From positions 7,068,001 to 7,132,000 of the forward strand of contig NC_058368.1 in assembly GCF_018350175.1 (NCBI RefSeq): DNA of 64,000 nucleotides, in the 5' to 3' direction. Numbering within the stretch: position 1 is the first letter of the stretch; each line of letters opens with the position of its first letter. This DNA comes from Felis catus. Taxonomy: Eukaryota. Positions 51,570-64,000 of this stretch are shown piece after piece. The translations under genes and the position numbers were made by a program. Under the pieces are notes generated by a model that saw only the letters and a list, made by a program, of their open reading frames with translations, made no database searches and was not told the origin of the DNA.

Positions 51570-51985
51570 TTTTTAAAATTTATTTTAGAGAGAGGGGCGC
51601 CCGGGTGGCTCAGCTGGTTGAACGCCCGACCTCAGCTTAGGTCATGATCTCACGGTTCGTGGGTTCGAGCCCTGAGTCGGGGTCTGTGCTGACAGCGTGG
51701 AGCCTGGGGCCTGCTTCGGATTCTGTGTCTCCCTCTCTCTGTCTCTCCCCTGCTCATGCTCTATGAGTGGCTCTCTCTCAAAATTAAACATAAAAAAACA
51801 TTATTTTAGAGACAGAGAGCTCTTGAGCGGCAGGGGTGGGGGTGGGGAGGGGAGAGAATATCTTAAGCAGACTCCATGCTCAGGGCAGAGCCCGATGTGG
51901 GGCTCGATCCTATGACCCTGGGATCATGACTTGAGCCGAAGTCAAGAGTGGGATGCTTAACTGACTGAGCCACCCAGGCGCCCCC
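51570..51985. mobile_element. Can-SINE(+) (51594-51800) nested in a Can-SINE(-)
   Basis: Inner TSD ttattttagaga (51580-51591 / 51801-51812). Confidence 0.85.
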
Positions 51986-52994
51986 CTTTTATCTTTTTAA
52001 TAACCATGATAACGCTACCCCAACTAATAATCATTCCTTTAAATATCCAATTTTCTGATTGCCCCAATAATACTTTAATATCGTTTGTTGACATTTCATT
52101 CACGGGTCGGTAGCATGGACAGACTCCCACTGGCCAAATGTGCGGTAATTTCAACATTAAAGAATAATGGCTGAAAGTTATTTCAACACACTGAATGCGC
52201 AAAAATCTATCAAAAAGAAAGATCGTTTGCCAGAGCCCTGCGTGACTATTACCCTGACTCCTCACTGTGAAAATTGGTCAAGAAAAAGAACGAAGCGTCA
52301 TCCTACCTCTTTAGGAAGAACTACAATCAGTAATCATCCCCAGTTGGTGAAGGAAAAGCTCTTCGTTAGAGGAGAATGCCAGCTAATAAATGGAGAAGAG
52401 AAGTAATTTACAAATCACCATTTTGCCACCTTCAATCAAATCACGGATTCAGGCACGGATGGAGGCAAAATCATGAGGTAAAAAGCTAATGAGGAAACGA
52501 GGTATTCATATGGTGCCGAAGGGCGGCGCAAAGATTACCTGCAAATCGAAATGGGGAAAACACACTTTGGCCGTCACCCTGCCTGACCTAAGGTCAGACT
52601 CAGCATCCCGCCGGTGGGAAGAAGCCAACATCCTAGGGCATGCCTCCTTGTGCAGTGTGGCACCTGTTCGGTGCCTTCTGCAAAGCAGTCCTGGCTGGAA
52701 AAGGTCTAACAGGAACCTGGTCTAGCCTCTACACTTAGCTTCCAGTTTCCAAGGAATACAAGGGCCAGACTCAGAGAGGGACAAATCAGATGACAGCACA
52801 AGGAAACAATCGGACAGATCCAGACTGTAGGACAAGACAACTGGCTCGGTGTCTTTAAAAAAAGTCAGTGTTATGGGGAATAAAAAGGGGGGGGGGGCTA
52901 ATCTTGATTTAAAAAGACAGAGGAGACATAATGATAAAATACAGTGTGTTTGAAAAAAGCAACTGAAAAGGTATGTTGAGACATAGAGGACAAA

Positions 52995-55035
52995 ACTCTC
53001 ACCACTGTTGTTTAACATAGTGTTGGAAGTTCTAGCATCAGCAATCAGACAACAAAAGGAAATCAAAGGCATCAAAATTGGCAAAGACGAAGTCAAGCTT
53101 TCACTTTTTGCAGATGACATGATATTATACATGGAAAACCCGACAGACTCCACCAAAAGTCTGCTAGAACTAATACATGAATTCAGCAAAGTCGCAGGAT
53201 ACAAAATTAATGTACAGAAATCAGTTGCATTCTTATACACCAATAATGAAGCAACAGAAAGACAAATAAAGAGACTGATCCCATTCACAATTGCACCAAG
53301 AATCAGAAAATACCTAGGAATAAACCTAACCAAAGATGTAAAAGATCTATATGCTGAAAACCATAGAAAGCTTATGAAGGAAATTGAGGAAGATACAAAG
53401 AAATGGAAAAACATTCCGTGCTCATGGATTGAAAGAATAACTATTGTTAAAATGTCAATACTACCCAAAGCAATCTACACATTCAATGCAATCCCAATCA
53501 AAATTGCACCAGCATTCTTCTCGAAGCTAGAACAAGCAATCCTAAAATTTGTATGGAACCACAAAAGGCCCCGAATAGCCAAAGTAATATTGAAGAAGAA
53601 AACCAAAGCAGGAGGCATCACAATCCCAGACTTTAGCCTCTACTACAAAGCTGTAATCATCAAGACAGTATGGTGTTGGCACAAAAACAGACATAGACCA
53701 ATGGAATAGAATAGAGACTCCAGAATTGGACCCACAAATCTATGGCCAACCAATCTTTGACAAAGCAGGAAAGAATATCCCCAACGGGAAAAAGACAGTC
53801 TCTTTAACAAATGGTGCTGGGAGAACTGGACAGCAACATGCAGAAGATTGAAACTAGACCCTTTCTTACACCATTCACAAAAATAAACTCAAAATGGATA
53901 AAGGACCTGAATGTGAGACAGGAAACCATCAAAACCCTAGAGGAGAAAGCAGGAAAAAACCTCTCTGACCTCAGCCTCAGCAATTTTACTCGACACATCT
54001 CCAAAGGCAAGGGAATTAAAAGCAAAAATGAACTACTGGGACTTTGTGAAGATAAAAAGCTTCTGCACTGCAAAGGAAACAATCAACAAAACTAAAAGGC
54101 AACCGACGGAATGGGAAAAGATATTTGCAGATGACATATCGGACAAAGGGCTAGTATCCAAACTCTACAAAGAACTCACCAAACTCCACACCTGAAAAAC
54201 AAATAATCCAGTGAAGAAATGGGCAGAAGACATGAATAGACACTTCGCCAAAGACATCCAGATGGCACATGAAAAGATGCTCAACGTCACCCATTATCAG
54301 GGAAATACAAATCAAAACCATACTGAGATACCACCTCACGCCAGTCAGAGTGGCTAAAATGAACAAATCAGGAGACTATAGATGCTGGCGAGGATGTGGA
54401 GAAATGGGAACCCTCTTGCACTGCTGGTGGGAATGCAAACTGGTGCAGCCGCTCTGGAAAACAGTGTGGAGGTTCCTCAAAAAATCAAAAATAGATCTAC
54501 CTTATGACCCAGCAAGAGCACTGCTAGGAATTCACCCAAGGGATTTAGGAGTGCTGATGCATAGGGGCACGTGTACCCCAATATTTATAGCAGCACTTTC
54601 AACAATAGCCAAATTATGGAAAGAGCCTAAATGTCCATCAACTGACGAACGGATAAAGAAATTGTGGTTTATGTACACAATGGAATACTACTTGGCAATG
54701 AGAAAGAATGAAATCTGGCCATCTGTAGCAACATGGATAGAACTGGAGAGTGTTATGCTAAGTGAAATAAGTCAGGCAGAGAAAGACAGATACCATATGT
54801 TTTCACTCATATGTGGATCCTGAGAAACTCAACAGAAGACTAGGGGGGAAAAAGTTATAGAGAGGGAAGGAGGCAAACCATAAGAGACTCTTAAACACTG
54901 AGAACAAACTGAGGGTTGATGGGGGGTGGGGAGAGGGGAAAGTGGGTGATGGGCATGGAGGAAGGCACCTGTTGGGATGAGCCCTGGGTGTTATATGGAA
55001 ACCAGTCTGACAATAAATTGTAAAAGAAAAAAAGA
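52995..55035 (+). mobile_element. 5'-truncated carnivore/felid LINE-1 (~2 kb: ORF2 RT C-terminal part, C-terminal domain, 3'UTR), disrupted
   Basis: ORF 53008-53709 contains [11 protein letters not shown] (RT motif) and later frames contain [24 protein letters not shown]. Frameshifts and stops are present; AATAAA plus A-tail at the end. Degenerate 16-bp TSD gagacatagaggacaa (52978-52993) / gagatacaggggacaa (55036-55051). Confidence 0.95.
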
Positions 55036-55319
55036 GAGATACAGGGGACAAGCTGGATATGGACGAGATTCCTGATGGACCAGATGCTACCAGAGAAGTC
55101 CTGTGCATGGTCTCAGGGACAATGCCATTCTTGGGAGGGGACTTGGCTGTTTGCGGGGTAGAGGACTGCGACATCTGCCACTTACTCTGACAGGATGTGG
55201 CGGAAAATATACGTGCAGTATGGCAACACTTGCTGAATCTACGTTATGGTTACACGGGTGTTCTGTTACCAGTCTTACAACCTCTCTGTATAATTTTGTT
55301 CATAATTAAAAAGTTTTTA

Positions 55320-55535
55320 GGGGCACCTGGGTGGCTCAGTCGGTTAAGTGTCCGACTTCAGCTCAGGTCATGATCTCACAGCTTGTGAGTTTGAGCCCCG
55401 CGTCGGGCTCTGTGCTGACAGCTCGGAGCCCGGAGCCTGCTTCGGATTCTGTGTCTCCCTCTCTCTCTCTGCCCCTCCCCTGCTAATTCTCTCTTTCTCT
55501 CTCAAATAAATAAACATTAAAAAATTTTGAAGAAA
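55320..55535 (+). mobile_element. Can-SINE
   Basis: Consensus; TSD aaagtttttag. Confidence 0.9.
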
Positions 55536-56002
55536 GTTTTTAGAAGAGAAGCAACTGTCCACGGGAAGGAAAAAGTCCACTAGTCATGCAATTATGACTG
55601 TTCCAGTCTAAACAGGCTACAGATTTCACTATAATTTAATAAGCTGGCACTCTGGCTTTACGCACCTTTAAAAAATGTTCTCTTCATTAGTTTCAGTGCC
55701 GTATCTAAATGAAGCCTATGTCTAGGGACTTAACAGATTTAAAAGTCTGAAGTTTTTAATAATGCAGATCGCCTTTATTTCCCCATCTAGTTTTCATCAA
55801 AGCAGCCTCAAAGTGTCCCACCGTCGTAAATGGAGATGGTTTCAGTCTGAGGTAGAACTTGTACGATGCTAACTGATTAAAAGTTAACATGTTTTGGAGC
55901 AGTGTTTCTCAGAAACCAGAGGCCTACCAGCATCATCTGGGGATGCTTTTTCAACACACGAGGTGTTTCCTTTTTCCTCTCTTGTTAAGAACCCCTGGGT
56001 CA

Positions 56003-56180
56003 GGGGCGCCTGGGTGGCTCAGTCGGTTAAGCAGCCAACTTCAGCTCAGGTCGTGATCTCACGGCTCGTGAGTTCGAGCCCCACGTCGGGCTCTGTGCTG
56101 ACAGCTCGGGGCCTGGAGCCTGCTTCAGATTCTGTGTCTCCCTTTCTCTGCCCTTCCTCCGCAAAAAAACAAACAAACAC
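56003..56180 (+). mobile_element. Can-SINE
   Basis: Consensus; TSD ctgggtcagg. Confidence 0.88.
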
Positions 56181-56242
56181 CCGCTGGGTCAGGACCCCCT
56201 CAAAACAAGAAGACATAAGGAAATAAGTAATAAAACATTATT

Positions 56243-56457
56243 ATTTTTTTTTGAAGTTTATTTATTTATTTTGAGAGAGACAGAGAGGGTAAGCAGGGGA
56301 GGGGCAGAGAGAGGGGGAGAGACAGAGAATCCGAAACCAGGCTCTGTACGGTTAGCACAGAGCCCCATGTGGGGCTCCAACTCATGAACCTTGAGATCAC
56401 AACCCGAGCTGAAATCAGGAGTTGGACACTGAACACACTGAGCCATCCAGGAGCCCC
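56243..56457 (-). mobile_element. Can-SINE
   Basis: Reverse-complement consensus; TSD aataaaaca. Confidence 0.85.
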
Positions 56458-56966
56458 AAGAATAAAACACGATAATGTTAAGTGGGTTCAAATAGTTTAA
56501 GCTATAGGATGTCTGGGGTTATGAGAACAAAGGTTAAGAACCCTTTCAAGGTGGACGTAAAATAGGAAGCCTTGCTCTCTCATAAGATTTCTCTGATTAA
56601 ATGTCTCCGATACTCTGTCAAACAAACAGTAGGCTGAATGAGCCAGCGGTCTAAATCGAAATAGAAATGCTTACATTCTCATGACAATATTGGTGCATTT
56701 GGTTACCTTCTGCCACAGCTATCCCTTCTGAGACACCCAAAACTATTTTAAAAGCCAATTATCTTAAAGTCGTTTACTTAAATCACACAATTTTATAGTA
56801 TGGGTATCCATTTCTGGTCTCATGGTAACTCAGACCTTACTAAGATCATCCTAAACTGGGGGGATCTGCATCTAGTTGTAGTTTTTAATTCGGTAGCTAA
56901 CTCTACCTCTAGGGGGAAAAAAACCAACCATATAATTTCTTTTTTTTTTTTTTATTCCTTATTTAC

Positions 56967-57102
56967 TTGAGACTGGATCGCCCAAAATGTATTCTGCGAG
57001 CACTGGAGGATAAACTGACAAGTGCCCTCAAACCCTTTCACCCCTACTAATTTCGGTCCTCTCTCCACTGCTTGGATCTCTTCAACACCATCACTAACCT
57101 GC
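56967..57102 (-). other. Candidate MTIF3 internal 5'UTR exon
   Basis: Non-repetitive segment with a pyrimidine-rich acceptor (tttttctctcatggtcccag|) and donor caa|gtaaat on the - strand; the acceptor position is ambiguous. Confidence 0.3.
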
Positions 57103-57258
57103 CTGGGACCATGAGAGAAAAATGACAGCTGCATTAGTCCAAATGCACACAACGTGGAGTAGCTGTACTGTTTGACCCACACATTCCATAAGAAATTGAA
57201 ATGATTCTAAATATTAAGCCGTAAAGCGGGACATTATGAAATAAACATGTGGCTACTT

Positions 57259-57308
57259 CCATACGCTGTGTATTTCTGGTGAGCCATACGCTGTGTATTT
57301 CTGGTGAG
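57259..57308. repeat. Perfect 25-bp tandem duplication
   Basis: ccatacgctgtgtatttctggtgag occurs twice in tandem. Confidence 0.95.
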
Positions 57309-57379
57309 CTTAGGGCTGCGTTATCTTGTCACATTGGTCTGCAGTTGTTTAAAATGAACAATATTCTTTGAGGACTAGT

Positions 57380-58080
57380 TTCTTCCCATTTTTATTATGA
57401 AAATGTTTAAACATACAGAAAAGTTGAAAGACTATACAGTGAACACCCAATACCCATTCATCTAGATGCTACATGTTGCTATCCTTGTTTTATTTATCTA
57501 TTTATTCCTTCTTCCATCCCTTTGTGTTTGGATACATTTCAAAGTAGATTGCAGACATTGGTACACTTCATCCTCAAATACTTCTGCATGCACACCATGA
57601 ACTAGGGTTCACTATTTGTTTACGATTCCTTTCACTTTGGGGCAAAATGTACATACAATGACATGTACAAACCTTAACTGTATCTTTTAATCGGTTTTGA
57701 CAAGTACCAACATCTCTGGAACCAAAACTCCTGCCAACGTGTAGAATATTACCATCACCCCAGAAAGTTCTCTCATGCTTCTTCCAAGTCAGTCCCCGTC
57801 CCCAGCCAGGGGCAAAGACTGTCCTGATATTTTTCCACCAGTCTGCCCTAAGATTTCATATAAATGGAACCACGCAGTATGTACTCTTTGTTGAAAGGCA
57901 TCTCAGCATGTTTTGGGGACTCAGCTGTGTTGTTGCAAGTATCATCAGTTTGTTCCTTTTTATTTCAGAGGATTGTCCCAGTGTATGAATATACTCCAGA
58001 TTTTAAACCCAGTTTTCTGTTGAGGAACATTTAGACCGTTCCTAGTTTGGGGCTATTATGAGGAAGGTTGCTGGTCATAT
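57380..58080 (-). mobile_element. Old L1M 3' fragments
   Basis: Degenerate antisense L1 3'UTR motifs (accatcaccccagaaagttc, tttcatataaatggaa, tttggggctattatga). Confidence 0.6.
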
Positions 58081-59779
58081 ACAAGAAAAAAAAAAAAGTG
58101 GCCAAGTTATTACTGCTCCAAAGGACAGCTGCATTCCCCTTGATAGATTATTTTGCATTACTTTTGGTGGTATCTCTTCAGGAGGTACTGTCACGAACCT
58201 TCTCGGAAAATGATTTAAATATGTGGTTATGATATGTGGATACGATACAGGTTATGATCCTGTCCTGTAAGAGATTAAATTGCTTGCACCCTCACTGCTT
58301 TTCTTTCTGATTTTGCTGATATTCATAAGCTCGTATTTACTGATGTTATTTCCAGAGAGGTTGGATCAAAGTTACATAGAGTCTAGTGAACTAAGTATTT
58401 GTGAAATTAACTTCGCCAATCCCTAGGGCTTTAAGAAGCCTCTCACACCTCTCACAGGAGTTTCACAAAGTCCTTGCTTCTGCCTGTCGACCTCCCAACT
58501 ATCCATCTGCCCCATTCCAACGGGTTTGAGTTGTACAGCTTTAATCCCAGAGGACTGAAGCATGGTCACTGAGCTTGCCCGCTGCTGTCCCTTGGCCCTG
58601 GTTTTGCTCTTCCATAAGGAGAACAAAGTACTCTCCATACTCAGGTTGGCTTTGTAAGAGCTAGAACGTTGATTTGCAACACTGGAAAAAGCCAACACAT
58701 GTCTCTGGCCAATTTCTTAACCACATTTCTTTAGCTACGACATTTTTCATTTATTTTCTATTTTAGTTATTTTACTGCAATAGCTTAATAACCGACCATC
58801 CAGAAACTTTTTTTTTTAAAGCCTTAAAATCCAGAGCTACAGACTCAACATTAACGTCGGACTTATTCCTGTACATGAATCTTCTACACGGTCATTTCCT
58901 CTTCCACAACCGTCATCTCAGGGACCAGCATCACAGTCCACCCAGAGCCACATCGTTTCCGTTTTTGCTCTCCCTCACTCTCCTAGCTAACCCAACACCA
59001 AGTCTCACAAATTTCACTTCCTAACACCACTCAAAATCCATCCACTTCTCTCCATAACCACTGCCACCAATCTAGTTCAAGACATCTTGAACTTGGACCT
59101 CTCGTCTGGATTCCCACCAGTCTCCTAACTACACACTTGAACCCTGCAATCCCTTCCCGTCTCTGCGTTGCTCTCACCACACCCCATGCCCTCCTCACCT
59201 CAAAACCGCCCCAAATTACAGGCCAACATCGTTCATGAGGCCAAAGGCTCTTGCCACGTCTCTAGCATCGTTCTATACCAAACTTCTTCCTTGTCTAAAC
59301 AACACTGGCGGTGCAGGGTAGAAATGCTCTTCCCTTAAGCTAAGGAAACGCCAGATCATTGCTCAGTGCTCCCTTTCTCTGGGCATTCTTCGGATTACCT
59401 TCCAAACTACGCCCATTAGTCACTACTCTCCCTGCTCCCTCATCTGTTTGTGGAGCTCAACATCAAGTGCAGTATAGTTTATCTGTCCTTTATGACCCTT
59501 ATCGCAATTACAATTTTGTGATTTTCTTACTGCTGTTTCTCTCCTTTACTAGACGGCAAGTTCTCGGAGGCTGGGAACGAATCTGTTATCTTTTACGGTA
59601 TCGTCCGCGGCACAAGAAACAGTCGTTGACTTTACAGACTCCCCTCCACTCTCTGTACTTAGACGGAGGCCTTCCACGAACGTGGAACTGAGGCTTTTCA
59701 AGTCGGAAAGCTATTTACTTCTTTCAAGAGTCTTAAGCCATGGAGCCTATTAAACAGTAAATCGGAAAAACCGAGATCC

Positions 59780-60960
59780 CGCAATCGCTCAGTAACCCTC
59801 CCCGCCAGGGCCTCCTCCGGAGGCTACGGGTTCTAGAAAAGGCATGTGGCCGAAGCCAGGGACTACAGTACAGGACGCGGAGCGCTTCGCAGAACGGACC
59901 GCGGTCAAGTGTTTCGGCTGCGGCCACGCCCACGCCGGGAAGCGGGGGAGCGGGGGGGCGGGGGGGGGGGTCTCGGCGCGCCTCTGCCAGAGAAGGGGCG
60001 TGGGGACGTGGGGCGTGCGTGCGTGCCCGTACGTGCGCCCCGATGGCGGGGCGGGCCGCCCAGGGGAGCGGGAGGAGGCCGGCGTCCAGCCTCGGTTCCG
60101 CGGCGTCCCGGTCCCAAAAACGGCCCTAGAGGCCGGCCGGATCCCCAGCCCCGCGGCAGGGCCTGCGGCGCCCCTCCGCGCTCCGCTCGGCGGCTAGGGC
60201 GGCGCTGACCTTCCAGGGACACGGCCGAGCGCGAGGCCGCTCCCTCCGCAGGTCTGTGCCTAAGCCCAAGCCCTCCTGCCACAGGCCCCCTCACCCCCTC
60301 GGCGCCCCTGGCCTTTAGCTGTACCTGTGCCGGGCCGACGATTGGTAGGTCTGGCAGAAGAAGCCGGGGAACGGCCCTCGCGGGGAGGCCCTCTTCGCCC
60401 TCCGTAGTGGGCGGGGCTTCGGCCCGCGTCTTTTAAAGGAAAGGTGACGTAGGGAGGAGCGCCTTCCAGCCGGCGGGCAGAGGTCCTCCGACAGAAAGTG
60501 CAGAGGGCGAGGGGCGGTTCCTGCGCCTCCTCTCTTTTAATTTAACGTTGACTAAAATATTTCGTCAGTGTTGTTGTAGTTACCGTGATTTAAGGAGCAC
60601 TGCCCCCGGTTTGCAGGTGAGCAAACAGATCCGAGAAATAAAAGACCGTCTTAGGTTCCCGAGCGCTGGGTCCCAGGAGATAGATCCGGAGATGGGGCCG
60701 GGCGTGTGAGATTCAGTGGATGTAACTGGGAGAGCTTCCGGCAGGCCGTCGGTTTTACGAAGGCGAAAACGGGCCGGTGGTGGTGAAGTGGTTCGTCCGG
60801 AGTTCGTGGGGCGGTCCCAAAACTCGGGTGCAGTCGGGTGCTCCCAGGTGTCACCTGCTTGTCCGCGAGGCTGCTCTGTGGGTGTCAATTTCCTGCCCTC
60901 TCACCTCGTCTTCGATCGGAAATTCCTCAGCGCCCAGTGGAAATCTGCCGTCGTGACTTA
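59780..60960 (-). promoter_or_regulatory. CpG-island promoter and non-coding first exon(s) of MTIF3
   Basis: CpG island upstream of the MTIF3 CDS, whose ATG sits 1 nt after a splice acceptor so upstream exons must exist. GC boxes, CRE-like TGACGTAG ~60444, ETS site 60735-60741. Candidate minus-strand donors: CAG|GTACAG at 60325/60324 and GGG|GTGAGG at ~60295. Confidence 0.75.
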
Positions 60961-61574
60961 GTGAAGCTACATCATTAGGGAATTTACCGTATTGCGAGCA
61001 AACCACGTTTAGAGGATGTTATAGCCCCGCCAACACATTGCTCTATTCTCGTTAAATGACTTCTTGCATCCGATTCTACCTGCTTTATTGCAGATCAAAA
61101 CACGAGTTCAGCTTTAAGTAGCTCCTTGAGAGCAGAGGCCCAAGTTTCTGTCCCAGTGTCTGGCATCTTACGTGCTGTTTTGTTGAAATAGTGAAGTGGG
61201 AAACCCAGAAACAGCGTGTAGGTGGCCCGAAGTCCACGGTTAGTATTTGCATGTTGGCCATTTCCAAGTTACACCAGAAGAGTTAGAGATTCATGTTACC
61301 CTACCAAAATTATTCCGTAATACCAAGATATGAATTTGTTTAGTGTAGATACGGGGATAGAGTGACTATGAGATACCGTGGGTAGGTGCTCAACAATTAT
61401 GCATATGCCCATTTATAGAATTTACCTGCCAGGCACCGTTCTAGGCATTTTACTTCTCTCAAATCACTTAATCCTCAATACAAGCATCTCACCCTGTTCC
61501 ACGGATGAGAGAACTGAAGCATAAAGAGGTTCAGCCAAGGTCATGTACCGGTAGCAGAGTCAAACGTCTGGCTC

Positions 61575-61745
61575 TTGACCTTGGCTCAGGTCGTGATCTC
61601 ACGGCTGGTGGGTCTGAGCCCCACAGCGGCACAGAATCTGCTTGAAATTCTCTCCCACTTTCTCTGCCTCTCCCCTGCTCATGGGTTCTATCTCCCTCTC
61701 AAAGTAAATAAACTAAAAAAAATAAAAATAAAAAAAATAAATAAA
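61575..61745 (+). mobile_element. 5'-truncated Can-SINE within a MIR-like segment
   Basis: ggctcaggtcgtgatctcacgg...aaataaa tail; MIR core motif upstream (gatgagagaactgaagc). Confidence 0.75.
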
Positions 61746-64000
61746 GGAATGCAGGCAGCCTGAAGCCAGAGTTGGTAGTCTTAATACTAAATATTCCTTC
61801 CACTGCTAGACTCAACTAAGAAAGCAGGGGGGTTACAAGTCTGTGAAGGTATTTGTGAAATATGTAAGATTAAAGGGCTTTAGTGCCCAAATTAAGGACT
61901 TGAAATTTGGTAAGGTTGCAATTTGAATGAATTCACACGAAGCAATCGTTAGGTAACTGGAGCTACCTGCCAGGACCCCATTGGTATCCCCTCTTTGAAG
62001 GCTGTGTGTCCGGTGTAGATGATTCGAGAAGTTTCCTAGACTGTCATCATCAGATATCTCAAGGAGGAGGTGCTTTAGTGTTCCTGGAAGCAGATGAGCC
62101 GGAAAATACACACATTGCAGACATGCCCTCAGAGAGAAGCTTTTTTGTTTGTTTTGTTCTAAATCTCTTCTCTTGAACTCGGCCTTGACCTCCAGCTGAA
62201 ATGAGATGCGGCAGCTTTTAAAAAGTCATTGGGAGTCTTGGATTCAGCTCCGTGGTGGCAGATTTTGGAGACCCTGGAATAAAGATAGTAAAGCAGGTAA
62301 CTGGCTCGCTTGGGTCCCCTTCCTGTATATATGGCCTCTAGGGCTCTCAGGAACTTACACACATTCTCAGTTGCTATTGTTTCTACCCATAATTTACAAA
62401 AACAAAAACCAAAACCAAAAACCCAAACAGAAGTAATAAAACTCAAATCCAGGGGACTCTAAAACGTTTGCATTTTCCTCCACAGAGTAATTTCCCGGTT
62501 AATTCCCACGGTTGGTCCCCAAATGACACGGTTTCTCACACAATGTGTACGTTGGTGTTTTGCTCTGAGAAAGGATTAAAGGGAAATTCTGCCCCTCGCC
62601 TTGAAAATCCCCTCTCTCCACAGGCATGGTGGGAATCTTTGGAACAGAGGAGCCCCTGGAGACAGTCTCGGCCTGAGGTCACTGGGGCGCAATGTACCCG
62701 CTCCACAAAGTAATTATTCTACGGGCGATTTCTTCAAAAAGTGATTAACACTCGACTCTGTCGTGATGCCACAGTCACTACAGACAATAACTTTAAGAGG
62801 CTGATCTTCCACTAATGAAATCCTGTGTTTACTTTGAGGTCACATAGGTGACTCAGAGCCTGCGCGGCTTCACACATTCAGCATATGCTTCGACACCTAG
62901 TTGTTAACGGATCACGGCTAGCTTGTGTATCCCCTCCAACGTTACATCGTAAGCTCTCATCAGGACAGTTCGGTGAAAATAGGGAAATTGAAGTCCATCG
63001 TGTGTGAGATCCTACGTAGTCCCTACTAAATCTAGCTGACGGCAGTTGTCTTAAGTGGCGGCAACTTTCTCATTACGGTGCCTTCTTAACCGCTAAGAGG
63101 GTCCACGCTTTCCTTAATCTGTGTTTACAAGCTTGTCAAGAGGGGCACGGAAAGCAAGGTGCGCGAGGGGGCGTGGCTGAGTGTGAGCTAACGCGTCAAA
63201 GACACCTTGAAGATACCCTCGGCCCAGTACCATGTGCCCGTTATCACAACACACGAAAGCTGGAAACCTTCTCACCGGAGCTCTACTGGTGACCCCCAGG
63301 GGGAACTGTGATTCATCTATTCCAGGCGTGTAAACGTTCACACACTTAGAAAACTCCGAGGCAGGGAGATTCAGCCTTCCGTAGGAGCTCATTTCACTGT
63401 TTTGAAAGACCGAGGGAATGAATCTCTTCCTTCAACCTAAATCCATCGTGGGGCTGCGTGTGCCGATTCCCCAGAAGAGCCGGAGAACATCTGGTGACCG
63501 CATCTGCGTGAAAACCCTTTCCGTCCTCCCCAACCGTTGCTAGATTCAGAATACGTGGACCACGTGCAAAGCTTCCCGTAACGTTAGGCTCCAGACCAAT
63601 CATTCCTCTTGTCAGAAAATGATGGCACCAATTATTAAAACATGATGGCGGTTGCGAGCAAGGGAGATAAATTCATCTACAATGAATGACCTGTTGTAAT
63701 AAAGTTTTGCAAAGCTTTCAGGTCTGCCGAATGAAAGAGAGGTCTATCGGGAAGATCCATTTATCTTCTGTGAAAAGTCTTGTGCCACTGAACGAGGCAG
63801 AAAATAGCCTCGAGAGCCCCCACCGGAAAAACGAGACCCTTCGTGAACGTAATTCCCATTCCTGTCATAGGACGTGATGCTAAACTGCCAACAGCTGGCA
63901 TGGGAAACTTTGCAGAAGGTACAATGCCTGCTGGGTAAATCCAAGCACAACAGGACCAAGTTCTTAGCATTTTACATTTTAAATAACACCCACTAACGTT

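Noticed and set aside
52722..54823. ORFs of 248, 233 and 184 aa as host genes
   Set aside because: L1 ORF2 fragments and their antisense frame
59860..59880. GACTACAGTACAGGACGC as a ZNF143/THAP11 ACTACA-type motif
   Set aside because: The ACTACA core is present but the TCCCA half is missing; too weak to call

Overview
Mammalian genomic DNA, almost certainly from a felid: it is dense in tRNA-derived Can-SINEs of the cat SINEC_Fc type and contains a carnivore L1 3' end. The first ~30 kb looks intergenic and repeat-rich. The window holds two complete convergent protein-coding genes. GTF3A (TFIIIA) is on the + strand with 9 exons at 31096-43453, giving 363 aa and nine C2H2 fingers; it has no usable AUG and starts at a CUG in strong Kozak context. 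MTIF3 (mitochondrial IF3) is on the - strand with 3 coding exons at 48156-43536, giving 277 aa, and a CpG-island promoter at ~59.8-61 kb. The stop codons are 82 nt apart, and the 9-bp element TTTATTAAA (43526-43534) reads as a poly(A) signal on both strands. I found no clearly new biological system. The best leads are regulatory: (1) the CUG start with a downstream hairpin and an out-of-frame AUG ORF that could trigger NMD; (2) the shared bidirectional poly(A) signal; (3) inverted SINEs flanking GTF3A exons 3-4, whose skipping would remove exactly zinc fingers 3 and 4 in frame. Repeat boundaries and subfamily names were read by eye and are approximate.
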